This document shows, piece after piece, positions 1-14,100 of a stretch of 64,000 nucleotides of DNA (positions within the stretch are counted from its first letter, which is position 1; every line of letters begins with the position of its first letter). The notes beneath the pieces are model-generated. The model was not told the origin of the DNA. It saw only the letters and a program-made list of their open reading frames with translations, and did not search any database. The position numbers and the translations under genes are program-made. Where the stretch lies: assembly GCA_964035545.1 (NCBI GenBank), contig OZ037767.1, forward strand, positions 28,598,628 through 28,662,627, read 5' to 3'. This DNA is from Bugula neritina. Taxonomy: Eukaryota > Animalia > Bryozoa.

Positions 1-3000
1 TTATTGTAAAAACACCTAGTAAATTCTACTCACCTCAAGACTATCTGATCAATGGCAAAGCATAGTTGGCAGTTCCTATATGTTTAATAACACATGAGGC
101 CATGGATGCAGTGCAGCAGTTACACCTACTACTTTTGTATGTATTGCATATTCTGTTACTATGAGGCGTTACCTAATTTCTAAATAAGTCTGTTTTACCT
201 TTAAAAGTATATAATTTAAAACACACAAAAATTGTACCTTTCCAATAGGGAAGTACAAACTCGCACCAATTACTTGCAAAGTTGCAGCATTTAGCACTCG
301 GTTCAGCAGAATTTTGCAGCATTTAAAGTTGTCTGGCTGTGAAATAATGCAACTGAGTTTCAAACCCAAATATCAAACAAACATTATAAACCCAGGCCAA
401 GCAACAATTTACATCTCAGCAGCCAATGCCTAATGACCATTCTTTCATTCAAACTTTTCTTTACTCAATGAGAGTTTAGTTAGCAGGAATACAGTTGAAA
501 GAATCAAACAAATGACTGCAGAACTTCTTCTTGTATTGTGGATGTAATTTAATGGTGGCTAGTCAACTTTTTGGTTCCAGTGCCACATGCAGGACTCTTT
601 GATGCAATTAATTCCTTTAATATGCAAGTAGTTATATCGATCACATCCAACTGTCTCATAGCTACCCTGGGACTTCGTACAACTTCTGCTGGTAGATTTG
701 AACACTAAATAATTGAACTACTACTAGGAATAATAAATAGAGGACTAGAGCTACTATATAATGATTATTGCTACTGTTGGCATGGCAGTGGAGATGCCAA
801 CCTACAGGTGAGACCTGTCAAAACAAATGACAACCTCATGCAAGTGCCAGTTAGCTGCTGAACGACCAAAGCATCTTCTGTAGGCTCCATCAAACTCCAA
901 TTATCTTGTAACAAGTGAAATAGATATAAATTAGCAAAAATTCTGTCAAAATGAAAGATTACCAGTTTCTCTCCTGTGAATTATGGCACTTAATGTACAG
1001 CATGTCTGGATACCGCAGCTGCATTGTGCCAAAGTAAGCTCCATCAGTTATAAAATAATAAATATGACAGTCAGTAGTCAAGAATGACTTTTGGCTCCAA
1101 CTTATGACAAATGTCCAGAAACGGAAAAAGTAGCAATTATAGAAATGAATGTATTAATAGTAAAAGGCATTAATTTCAAATTCCATCGTAAGGCAATACA
1201 ACTTGGACCAAATGACATTTTTATTGTAAGTTGTAACTGGTTTGATGAGTAGAGTAATTATAATCACAATTATTCAATGGCTACAGGAAATCTCTGGGAT
1301 GATGGATTGTAATAAAATATGGTTTGTCATCCCAAATCTGCATTTTTCAGCATCAAATCCTAATTTGAACAACCCTCTTAAGAGTTGAGCTGCATTCCAA
1401 TACTACGATATTTTTATCTTTCTATTATGATATAATAACACTAGTAGTGCTACCTTATATATGAACTGCCTATAATATACTTGGTGCTCATTTAACTTGC
1501 AAATATATTCTTCGTATGCATCTGCAAAGTAGTCTTAGTTTCAGTCTCAGTCTGAGAGGTAACGTAGTTAGAATTTAGGGCTAGGTATGACTATTCTTTT
1601 TAATTCTTTTTCAAACAAGATTTAAAATCCATGTTATATACTAATAAACTTTATGCTCGTTATACAAAGTGGAATATATTTGAAGCAGTTTATGGTTTTG
1701 CATTTTTGCCAAAGCAATTATTTCAAATTTTGCAAAACTTGCTTTTTATTTGATGGCTACACCTCTTCATCACCGTAGGCATTAGCGAAGATCACAGGAA
1801 GGTGCTATTGATGTATTATCTTTACGTCTAAGAGAAAAAAGAGCTCGCAGCCTTTCAACTGCAGAATAAAAGCAGATGCGAATGATTTATTATAGCCTGG
1901 CCATGCCCTACCAGGCACATTGTTCAACGGCAAGCATACATATACCTTTCAACACAATATAAGTTGGCTATGAGTTTGAGTAAGTATCTTAGAAAGAGTA
2001 GGTGTACTTGGAGGAAGCTGGCTTCTAGAGTCATAGTGTTACACATTATAGACGTCAACACTGCTGCAACTACCCACGCAGTATAATTAAGTGAACAATG
2101 TGTCTCAAACTGCATTTATCAATGGCAGTTTAATAGTGGTAAATGGTAAGCAAGCAAACGTTTCCAGCTACTGGTGTCGTCCATAGAGTGGTTCAAAATT
2201 TTTAGTCAAAATTTCAATTTTATTAAGTTGAAAATTTCACAGAGTTGTCTTGCATTGTAAAAGTTAAAATGATGGTTTTCTTGAGAATTTCAGATTATTA
2301 GTCAAAGGGAATGATAAATTCTTGTAGATAAAGGCCTTTAATTATTACCTTCTTGATTAGAAATCTTTGAATGAAGATTCATTTAAGTATAAGCTTTAAA
2401 TTTCATAATCCTATTAGCTACTTTTCTCAAATACTGCTTTCACTCAATTAACTTTGGGGGTGCATCCTGCTACTAAATGACAACAAATAGTGGTTAAGTG
2501 AGTCATACTGTTGGAAAGTGATTTTCAGTCTCGGACTGATTTCAGTAAGGGGAGATAGAATCAGTGGAATGAACTAAATGCCAGTAGCCTACTAAATGTA
2601 TAAAAGGACTGGCTGGTCTAAAAGACCTGGCAAGAACTTACAGAAATAAACAAATACATTCAGTAATGGTTCTGCACCAATATTTTATAGTAATTTATAT
2701 AAAGCGCTAAAAGAAATAGATTTGGTTGCAATAATGCTAAGATAGAACACTTGGTATATTATTACAGCAAATTGACCAATGACTTGGAAGAAGATAGGCT
2801 TAGTTCAAAGGCACCAGGTGACAATTCAAGTGAGTTCCATCATAAAACCAACTTTAAATGTTTAAATGGTAAGGGCTGATGAAATCCTTGTCTGGGAAGA
2901 TTTTAAAGAACATATTATAGCTTAAAATTGCAAATTTCTTTACCAAACTCTCATGGCTTAAATTTGCATAACACTGCAGACCTGTAGACTGTATTTTATT

Positions 3001-3496
3001 CTATAGCTATTATTATAATAATAGGATAAGTTGTTAGATGCAATATTCCCAGCTTAATTGAAATTGTGCCATTTAAATATTATATAACAAAGAGTAAACA
3101 GTTATGTATCTCATCTTATTCAATTTGTAAAACTGTAACTATAATCCTTCTTTGGTCAATAGAAGCTTAATGTTTTCTTTCTGGGATCTAATACAATATC
3201 ATTATCCAATAAATCCAATAAAATAAACACTACTTAACTACAATAGTTTCTATGGCTCTTATTTACATTGACAACAACAAATAGATGCTACGATTGAGCA
3301 GGCTAATGCAACGGACTACGCGTCATTTATGAGGCCACGCCTAATTAACTATAAACTAACCAATCAAATTAAAAATTATTTTACTGTTATCAGGGCGCTA
3401 TGCTAAGCCTGACTACGCTGTATTTTTCATGTAGCAGGCTGCGGCAAACGTCCAACTTATAATTTACCAGAAAATACGATCAACACCGTCATCATT

Positions 3497-5661
3497 ATGC
3501 TGGATGCTAGACCTTCTACGACTAACTGGAGGTATCAAAGAAAAATGGACATCAAGCCTTCTGCTGAACTTAAAAAACGTCTTTTCAACGAGCCTCAATC
3601 TGGTGAAAACCTTCAATCGGATATTAATAACTTACTTGGGGAGATACAGCAGGCCGACCAGCTTCGTTGGAACTTTGATTTTACACGCAATGTTCCCCTA
3701 CCAGGCCGGTACAAATGGCAGCTTGTAAGCTCATCAAAGCATTTAGAAGAAATGAACAATAATGATGGCGGCTCCAAGACTCCCCAAACTCCTTCCAAAT
3801 CTAGATTTTCCAAACCTGAATCCAGTGTAGCAGCAAGCCCTAGCACACAGAGAATTATATCAGGTAAGAGAGCCCTCAATTTCTTTACGTCATACTGTTG
3901 AATGAAATCATTCAATTTTAATTTAATGCGGCCATAAATGCTGCTATTGTTGAAGCAACACCCTAACATACCAATATGGATATGCTGGATACTGATGGTA
4001 GTTAGTTATTTGTGCTGTTGAATTAGTATTACTATTAGGACGTCCAGGCACTTGAGTCTTGGAATTGAGTAAAACGTGTTAAGCTGTAAAAACCTCATCA
4101 AAACAGTGGACTAGCATGCTAATATTGGCTAATTGATGGGCTATATTAAAATAGTCATAATGTTAGTTAGATTGGCCATTGGTATAGCCTACCAATACCA
4201 TCATGGAAGTTTGAGAAGGAAGTCTCCAAAATAATATTGATAACTTTCAGTTTCCTCAATGCATATATTCATTTTCATTTAGTCTCTCAGTGTTGAAAAA
4301 GATATCCATTCGATCTTAAATTGTTTTGGAATTGAAAATAATATTCTACTCCTGTCAGCATTTCAATAAATGTAATGCATTGTCATCCATTTCAAGTTCA
4401 AACAATCTGGAAGTATAATATAGGCAGTAAACTCATTTATAAACTTATGAGTTATTTCACTTAACCTAGTCATACAGGATTTTTTTAAATTGCTATCATC
4501 TCATTAATGTTATCTGCATATATCATGAAAATATTTTTTCAGTATCTACAACTTTTCACAACAGAGTTAGTCCAAAAATCCACCAGCATAATATTCTGCC
4601 GAATATACTGAACTATTATATGCTGAAGTCATTTGATTAGTATTACTATTTAGCCAATATTAAAAATGTTTCCTTCAGTGGAAGTAGTCTGCAACTGTGG
4701 TGTGTTTGGCCTTGAAATTGAAATTGTTGATCAAGTATTGAATAAGTATTAAGTGATTAAAAGCCGCTCAATCTGCTAGCATTTCAGTTAGTCATGGTTG
4801 GTTACGACATATTTATTATCATATACAAATAACCACCTATTTGTTTCTAATGCCGGCTCTAATCTACACATTCAAATAGATTTGAATTTAGCGCAAATCA
4901 GTTTGTTTGTCTTCGACTATAATATTAGCACAGCATTATTTACTCGAGTAAACAACGCCCTATTCAACGTTTCCAAAGATGGCTTGGCACGTTGCCTGGA
5001 TTTGCGCTTGAATAGAACAATAGCCACAGCTTGGATTATCAACGAAATTATAGATTTGAATAATTATCATTCCCTAATCTGCCATTTTCATTGGAGGATG
5101 AAGGGAGCCCTTTTTATAGATATTTCAGACTCACAGGTGGTTTTGGTTATCTGTTTTCTCACCCGGAGTGTTGCAACTGCTGTCTACATAAAACTAGGTG
5201 TGTGTAGTATTTGTAACCAAGTAGTATTTGTAACATATAGTTATACAGAGCACACAACTGGTAAAGTGATTACATAACAAAGTGTGTCATTGACTTGCTC
5301 CTAGCCTGCATTATGTAACCACCATAGATAGGTTTTACTGATGGTTAGTATTGGTCTATCAGTCTGGCAGGAATGATTGTTTACTAGCCACTACCCGCCA
5401 TAATCTGGTTAGTTTTCGAACCCATGACAGAATACCCACTGGCTTTTGTTTGTAGAATTTTTCCCTCTGAAGAAAAGAAGCTCGCCTTCCACACACGGTG
5501 ATGAAATAAAAGTGAAGAGGGCGAGAGTTTCATCACCCCTCCTTCGGAATCACGAAGCTAAGCCAACCGTGTCCAGGGCGTTGTCGGGCACATTCAGGCC
5601 CATAAAGTCGTTGAGTTTCGAGAATGACGGAGCAGACTGTGATATCTACGAATCTATTTAA
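3497..5661 (+). CDS. Cip/Kip-family cyclin-dependent kinase inhibitor (CDKN1/dacapo-like), ~190 aa
   Basis: Exons 3497-3863 and 5456-5661 (GT-AG, phase 1, 573 nt). CDI domain: Cy motif KRLF and RWNFDF...PLPGRYKW. The splice creates a PIP box QRIISEFF followed by a basic PLKKR. Family is clear; p21 vs p27 vs p57 orthology cannot be assigned. Confidence 0.9.
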
Positions 5662-7134
5662 TGCCTACAGTGAGTATTAAATAACTTGTACTTGAGAGGT
5701 ACATGGTGCATATTCCCTAATATACTCAAAGCATCATAACCCTTAATGCTGCCCTCACCAACAATGAGGACTTTAGCGGCAGCGCTAGAAGACGGCATGC
5801 AGTAATCGCATTTCTGTGGTTGAAGGTTGCCTGCACAATAACCACAAATCATGCTTTCTACTCTAAACACAAACTAATGATCAATAATCATAATAATATT
5901 TGCTGACTAGTTTACTATAGCAGCTGCCAGTGGTTTACTCCAGTCAATAGTAACTAATGTAATCAATAGTTTGTGTAGGCTGCCTGGCTGGGGTTAGTAG
6001 TTAGTAGCCGTGAATTAGGTCAGCGGGCATGCTGACCTCACTTTGATAGACTTTCCATTATATCAGATTGAATTACAACTGACTGTATAATTATTACCAT
6101 AACCTGCGAAGGCTGCATTGCAGCTATCAAAATACACGTAACTGTAGTAACAGCATGCCTAGTGGATACTCTGTCTGCATTTAGATGAATTCATATTTAT
6201 TATATCTTTATTTGCCATCTCTAACGGAACAATTTGAATATAAACCAGTTGGAGGCAGCTGCCTGCTTAATTATACAATCAAGTTTAGCTCGGGTTCCCA
6301 TTGGCTAATGCCACTCTAAGTTGCACATGCTCAGGGGGTGTGTTTATAAATTCAAACAGCCCTCCAATTTGACATAGCATAGTTTCTCGCGTCTGTTTTG
6401 ATTTTTATTGTACTTGATGCTTAGCATATCATAGGGCTCATGTTAGCTTTCAATCCTATAGCAAACAGAAGCTCCTAGATTGTGAGTCTTTTGTTTGAAT
6501 CTAACCGAATGGCTTCAATTATTTGAAATTGAAAGGGCCGCTCTCTTTGTGCACTGTTTGAAATAGATGCAACTTTACAACCCTGTGCTATAACAGAGGC
6601 ATCTAAACTAATACAGCCTCTGAGAATAATTAAAACAACATTTGCATTAGCCGAGCCTTTCAATATAATGGATACCTGTGCATGTAATCAAAGATTAGAT
6701 ATTAGAGCTGACCCAGTTTATAATTGGCCTTTTGTTGCTCTTATCTGCATGCCTTTAGTCATGCATACCCAGAATTTCTAAGCAAAAGCGTAGTGACCTA
6801 GAAAACATTTGGGTTATGCTGGCTGAGCCAACACATGCTGATGTAAGGCTGGTAGTAAGATAATAGGAGCTTATCTGGTATTTACGGGCTGTTATATCGC
6901 ATAGGTAAACTCTACACTCAAGATAAATATATAGATGCAGCATAAGCCAGCGTCATATTGAGTAGATAGTCTATTGAGAGCTATCAGGTGTTCCACATTA
7001 CCAACCAACCAGAAGTGGGTCGGCTGTTTAAAAAATGACAGTTATGTTATTATATCAAACCACAATTTTATTTTTAGCTCGGGTGATTGCCAACTAATAT
7101 TATTGTAACTAATAAATTATTCTTTTCCTTGTAG

Positions 7135-7600
7135 GCTAAGAGGTGAGAGATGTTACTGGCAATGCTTTACAACTAGTCATGGTGGTTCACGTGCAATCCA
7201 AGTTCTTGCAGAAGTGCCGAGTTTTGATCTTGATTTTCTGTTCAGCTTACTCTGCTGCATTATTTTTAATTTTCATTATTAATATTTAAAATATTAACAT
7301 TTTAATTTTAGCGATATTTTAAAAGCGGATTTTTGCTACTGTACTTCAAATATCAAGAAGTGTGATAACAAAATAGGCATTGTTTTTTATTTGGCTATAT
7401 TGTCAGCAGTGGCTAGATTTAATGGTGTAATTGTTGTCTAATGTTGTTAATCATGTATATTGCCCTTATTTTTATATGCTGATCTCATTTTTGCGTATTC
7501 TGGTTAGTATATCGTTTTTTTATATGCATGTATGTAGTCTCTTATTTATTATAGTGTGTAGATATAATTATTGACAATAATTTAATTACTAAATAAATAT
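7135..7600 (+). other. Probable non-coding 3' UTR exon of the Cip/Kip gene
   Basis: Strong donor CA|GTGAGT at 5670, 8 nt after the stop codon. Acceptor TTCTTTTCCTTGTAG ends at 7134. AT-rich UTR-like sequence follows with AATAAA near 7592. The end coordinate is approximate. Confidence 0.5.
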
Positions 7601-8196
7601 TATTTAATTTTTACTCCTAAGCTAGCTGCTTTTAGCAAATCTAGCCTGTAAATAATTTAAGCAAGGCTTGCGTTTCTATAGGTTGTTCCATTTTACGGAC
7701 ATCATTATGTTAAACATGACTTCTACATTTTAATGCTTCTAAAGCTATTATGTTCTCTGTATTTAATATTTAAGTGTCAAATGTTCTTGATTTTGTGAAA
7801 TATATTTGAATATGAAAGTAATTACAATACAATTGTTAAGAAAGCACACTTCTACCTTGTTCATGATATTAGTTAGCTAGTACTTATGTCTCAAGCATGA
7901 TATGACACCAGAAAACTTCAAGTTAGCACAGCATAAGAAAGAAAACGTTACACTAAATTTATAGCAACATCTTGTAAATTTATTTATTTTGTCAACTTTT
8001 TTAGTGCAGAAAAAAAAACCACAGCAATTTTACAATATCGAAAGTTTAAAAAACTAACTAGTTTAACAAAAAAGTTAATGGCTTTTGGCATAAAATAATC
8101 AATTGAAGATTTTGGAAGAAATAATCTAATTAGCAGTTTTATTGATTCAAAAACCATAAATCAGATGCAGAACTATTATTAGGCTTCTCTGAGCTC

Positions 8197-11100
8197 TTAA
8201 AAAGCCTTCCTGTAGAACATATTCTGGCCCCTGTACTGTTGTCCCTAAAATGACAATTATTTATATCAACAGTGAGAATTACGAATTGGCAAGGTTCCCA
8301 TTTTGAGATAAGCATTTCCTGTATAAAAATGGCAGTAATATATGAGGAATGATACAGCAGCATTCTTCTAGCAACCTATTAGCATGCATAGTGAAGGACC
8401 TGGTGAAAAGTACACAACACAGCAAACAGTACATGGGCTTTTCCAAAATAAATATACATTTAAAAAAAATAGAGCTTGGCTATGAATTAAAATAACACCA
8501 TGCATACTCAGATTTTTATTCAAAATTAGCAACATAGTTCAAGAGGCTGGTTCTTTATCAAGGTTGCCTCAGTGAGCTGTAAGTACTACCAGTCAGTGTA
8601 CTGTGAGTACTACCAGTCAGTGTACTGTGAGTACTACCAGTAGTGTACTGTGAGTACTACCAGTCAGTGTACTGTGAGTACTACCAGTCAGTTTACTGTG
8701 AGTACTACCAGTAGTGTACTGTGAGTATTACCAGTCAGTGCACTGTGAGTACTACCAGTCAGTGCACTAAGCTGATAGATCATGCCATATTGTCTTCCAA
8801 CTCAAGAACATTAGATTTAAGTACCCTCCTCTCAAATTTAGAACATTCTAATCTCTCAATACATCTAGAAAGCTCTTTCAAACAGAACAGACATGGGAAC
8901 AGGTTTTGGAATATCCAGAAGTTTTGCAGACTATCAGGAGACTTTCAACAACTCCAGACTTGCCAACATGAAAGCAACGAGCTAAATAAACATTCCAACA
9001 TTTACAAATATCTCCTTCTTAATGAACATCAAGACACACCGACAGTCTAGAAGACAAGTTCAGAAATCCTGAAGTGTTACACCATCTTAATGAAACTTTA
9101 GAATTCACAGAGTTATCCCTTTTATTAGTTTTACAAATTTATATGGAGCAAGGAAGACAACTCCCAAAACATAAATCTATAATAATTACATAATTTGCTA
9201 TACGGTAATTTATGCAAACCTGTTGAACATTTCGCACAGCCCCAGCCCTGATGAGAAGAATTTTTTAAATGCAGAAAAGCTGAGATATAATATTTGCTAA
9301 TGATTTGTCTGGAGTTAAGCATCTACATTAAAAAATGTAAACTTAACACATTTTCTATTGTATTATTGATGACCTGAAATTTGGCTTTTTTACATCTTCG
9401 GGCACTAGTAGTGTACGAAGATCTCCATTCACACTGCCAAAAGTCTACATATTTTTATAAAACATTACAGGAAAATACAACCTGTCTTGAATAGCCTGCT
9501 ACCTATGCTAGAAATTAATGCCCTACAGCTATCAACTCAAGAGGAAATAACTCCAAATACTGAATGAGCAGATGAACTGAGTAAAACGAACTAACAACCA
9601 ACACAAACAGCAAACACAAACAGTGTAAAGCCATCATAGAATTGGCAGTTACGTACCAAATCACACAATTTGTTATAATGACGACGCCAGCTCACACATA
9701 ATGGAATGTCATTTGGTGGTTCAATTCTACAAGATTTAAGCACAAACATACAGGCATACTTGTATAAGAAGTTGAGTGCTAGAAACATACCATGACAGTT
9801 AATTGGTGATACACACCACGCCAAGTGGGACAAACTGGAATATTTAGCTTCAACCTAAAAATACCAGATAAATATAGAAAACATAAAAACAGCATGTTTA
9901 GTGGAAATACAATTATGTATCTTCGGTAATTCAAGAATACAATACTAAATTTGTGAACCAAATACCATGTTAGTCCCTCGTCAAATTCAATACTTCAAAG
10001 GCTGGTAACAGAGTCGCATAACTACTCAGCAAGCTTGCCTTGTACTGAAGCTTTTAGTGAGAGAATTGATACAGGAATATACAATTTAAGCATTGAGGTC
10101 TAAAATGGGGGAGGGAGGGGGAGTTTAATACAATAAACAAGAGAGAGAAATATTGGAGTCACATACCTGCGGCAAGAAGCAGAAGTGACTACAGACGCCA
10201 GTTGTAGTGGGTACACCAGACTGATCATGTACAGCTGCAACACAACACATTATGCAACTAACTACAGCAGTCAGTAGAGAGTATAATAGTCTAATGCTAA
10301 TGGCAACAGGAAATTGTTGGCCTTTTAACCAAGTAATGTTCTGTTAACCTTGAACATAAAAGTTTTTTTCATTGAAGATAAAAAACTAATAGAATAAAAT
10401 AAAAAACACAAATAGCATAATACCTCTACAAGCAACAGTTTGGTGAGAATTGGTGGCAGGTGAAACTAAAGTAAGAAGAAATGAGAGATTAACCAATCAG
10501 GAGCGGTTTTACAATGAGTCTATGGTGTGGTAGGAGAAAAGATTGGAATATGACTGGAAAGACTAAATGGTTGACAATTTAGGAACTTAGAATATTAAAA
10601 GGTTACATGGGTGGCATATATTTTATGAAAATTAAAAAACTGAAAGTAGAAGAGAAAGAAACACACTATGTATACAGTATGTAAAAATTAAAGACTTTTG
10701 CCGAATAAACAAGGAGTTACTTTCTCCTGAAAGACAACTGCAAGCAGCAACTGGTACTGAAGAGAGAGTAGAAGATACACACCTGCACCAGAGAAGTGTA
10801 GTTAGAGCTGCTCTCCTGAAATATACATTATAAGGTACAGAATTAAAGTAGCTTTAATCATCCACTAACAATATCACATAATCTCAGGGAGACAAACTAG
10901 GCATGTGTTTACATTAGCAACTAACATTCAATATATTTTATAACAAACACCAAGTTATAGAGTCTGAATCACACAACAGCTACTTTATCAGACCATAACT
11001 AAACTGAATGGAGTAACAGGAAAACAGCATGTGAACTAGATTGTTCAGACAGAGCAGTTACGTTAGAATAACTTACAAGTGCTTCTTCATTCAGTCCCAA

Positions 11101-14100
11101 ACTTTCCATCATTCTGTAGAGAAGGTACATGGTGGTTCCTGAGAGAGCAATAGTGCCTGCTTCAGCCACCATCCTTGGCACTAGCCCACTGTAATACAGA
11201 GAGAATGAGAAGGATAGGGGGTACTAACCCACTGTAAAACAGAGAGGATGTGAAGAGTACTAAACCACTGTAATACAGAAAGACACTAGGCATGCTTTCT
11301 ACTACTAAAAATTACGAGAGGCTTTTGTGTAATTCAATTTTATCAGAGAAGCAGAGAAAAAGGGTTTTTATCTATAGTCAACGAAGCAAACTGCATAAAT
11401 TCTATAATTTCAAACTCTGGCAATCCTAAATGATCATTGGCGATACCAGGAAGGGCATTTAATTAAAACATTTCCTGTGCTAACATATCTCCAATGTGAC
11501 ACTATTTTCTAACCCACAAGAAATTCTGACACGAGATTCTTACTAAGATAAACAAAAAGTTTCATAAAGTCAACGCAATAAATTAACCACCAGGGTTCTA
11601 ATCTTTAATAATATATCAAGTGTAAAGTCGTATTGTAACAAATTAGAACTTTGAAACTTAACTAGAGGGAAAAAGCACTGAAAGATGTGGCTCAGTTATA
11701 GCGTTGTCAACTGAATCACTCTGTTTTCTTAATTTATGTAAAAACTCCATTACCCCTCTCTCTCACAATGTGTAGTATTTACTGTATATTATGATACAAG
11801 CTGAACTTTACTTTTACCTGAAGAAACCAGAAAATCCTTCCGTTTGGTAGATTTCTTTAATGGTACTAAATAAACCGGAGTAGACTTGGTCTTCGCTGGC
11901 TATTGAACAAATCATTCTCACCATAACCACTAGAAAAATTTCAAGCCCAGTTAGCATCAACACAAAGACAGGTAAAACTTAACCTAAAATAATCACACCC
12001 TGTAAAATAATTATTGAAATAAAAATGACTTGAAGACACTAATTAAAAAAGATTTTTGCTACACAGAAGAGTTTATCTCTTGCATCACTGAATGTATGGG
12101 GGTTTTGGGTGCGATTTTAACCAAAGATTTTAATGTGTGTGAGTGAGCAAATGTGTGCGTGAGTGCATGTAATAAGATGTTACCTTGCAAGGGTTGGGTG
12201 ACCACAACTCCAACAGTCTTAGCAGCACACTCTACAGTCATCTACAAAGGTACTACTGTACACTAGAGCACGACACAAGAAATAAATGAGTACAAAAAAT
12301 TACACAACATAATAAAACATAAAAGACAGAAAGTCAAAACGTGAGTATAAAAGAGAATTTACTAGACAGGAAGTGACGTGAATAATACACGACTCACGTC
12401 ATATATGGTGCTGGCAAGGCCCTTACTTCTCACGGACTTGTCACCATCACCTGACCGATCTGGAATGGCTGCTTTTATTTTCTACAATTATGAAAAACCT
12501 TTTCAGCTGCAAATAAAATCTTGTACATCATGTCTAGCTATAGCAAAGCAAAACATCTTTACATACATACACTATAAGTAAAATATATACGCAGTAAGTA
12601 CAATATATAATATACACTTAGTAAGTATAATATATACCTAGTAAGTATAATATATAATATAGACTCAGTAATTATAATATAATTATATAATATGCGCTCA
12701 GTAAGTATAATATATACGTAATATACACTCAGTAAGTATAATATATACGTAATATACACTGTATGTACACTCACGGCACAGAGAGCATCTTCTATAGCAG
12801 TGCTTGTTAAAGAACTGACAATCCTAGGAGTAAGTCCAGTGAACAAAACAGTGAAGCCGTCTCTTTTCCTCAAGAAATTTGCTGCAATAAGAACACAACT
12901 ATGGCAAACTTTGCAGAATTGGCTCCTGCAGATTGGGCAAACTATTCTCAAGGTGTTTCCGTTACGATTTCACATACAAATTTTTTAATTACAGCAAATA
13001 ATTTTCAGTAGAAAAATTTCATTCTAACTGAATTAAATTTACTTTCAACTGAAACAACCTTAATACCAATCTGTTGCTCTGTTTTACTCTATTTTTGTTT
13101 AATGCCATAACAAAGACCTGTTAAATTGAGAATTGATTGAAAAATCTTACATATGCTCAAAACAGTTGGTGTTTTATCAAGACGCAAGTGAATGAAAAAC
13201 TCAAACTAACACGCTTATAAAAAATAAGGAGTGCATGGAAATATTAGTTTGCGCGTTGACAGATAAGTATTGAAACAGGTTCATGCCGGACTATTATAGA
13301 GTTAATTAGTTCAACTGCTGGCTTCCACTGACAATGTTTTGATATTTTAATCCATCATTTATTTATACACAATTATAACTCTTTTTAAGATTGTAAAAGT
13401 CCATTCAGCATTTTCATAGGCAGAATGCCTTGCAAGCTAATTACACCAATTAAGTAACAAACAGACCCAAAAAATTGTAACCAGCTAGACCATAAAAACC
13501 TGGCCGTCCATGTTGGGAACCTGGTTACCAGCAGACAGGTGATGTCATGATGCTCATTGATAATATAAAGAGCTTTTAAAAAATATTAAAAAATCACATG
13601 TAAATAATTTTTTAATTGCAATTTTGCCAATTGTTAAACGTGAGTGTACATAGAGCAGTACCTGTTTATAATGCTCACCAGCAAACTACAATTTATATAA
13701 TGATAACAACAAGGAAGTCTTATATAATTCCTAGCGGGCATATGGTGTTTTTTAATAAAACATATTTCTTTTTTTCGATGAAGTCTACCAATTTTCCACA
13801 ATGCAGTCTTTTCAAGTCTATAACACAACTTGAAATAATAATTACAACACAAAAAGTATATATTTGAACCACGCTCAGCCACTAACACCTATTATATCTT
13901 ATGAGCTCTTTTCCTTAAATGATACAAGTTTGAAAGCTTTTTTCAAAAGAAAAAATAAATGATCATGATGACACAGTAAGATTTCCATTGCAAAACTCAC
14001 CATAAGAAAGCAGATTAGGGTAATATCTCCCAGGTGTTCTTGTCCACAAAGATGGCCCAATAGTAGCAGGTTGTGGTTCATATCCTACCTAAACATTTAT

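Noticed and set aside
1-1100. Exon-like minus-strand segments (34-75, ~274-336, ~963-1045) with plausible splice sites
   Set aside because: Could not be chained into one consistent frame and no family was recognised; a gene may continue left of the window, but support is insufficient.
4798-5277. 159-aa ORF in intron 1 of the CDK inhibitor
   Set aside because: Non-ATG start, no recognisable domain and no clear splice context; probably chance.
9356-9444. Possible alternative terminal MTCH exon (TFGSVNGDLRTLLVPEDVKKPNFRSSIIQ*)
   Set aside because: In frame after either exon 10, but it has a weak pyrimidine tract and no similarity to the MTCH C-terminus, which exon 8197-8244 does match.
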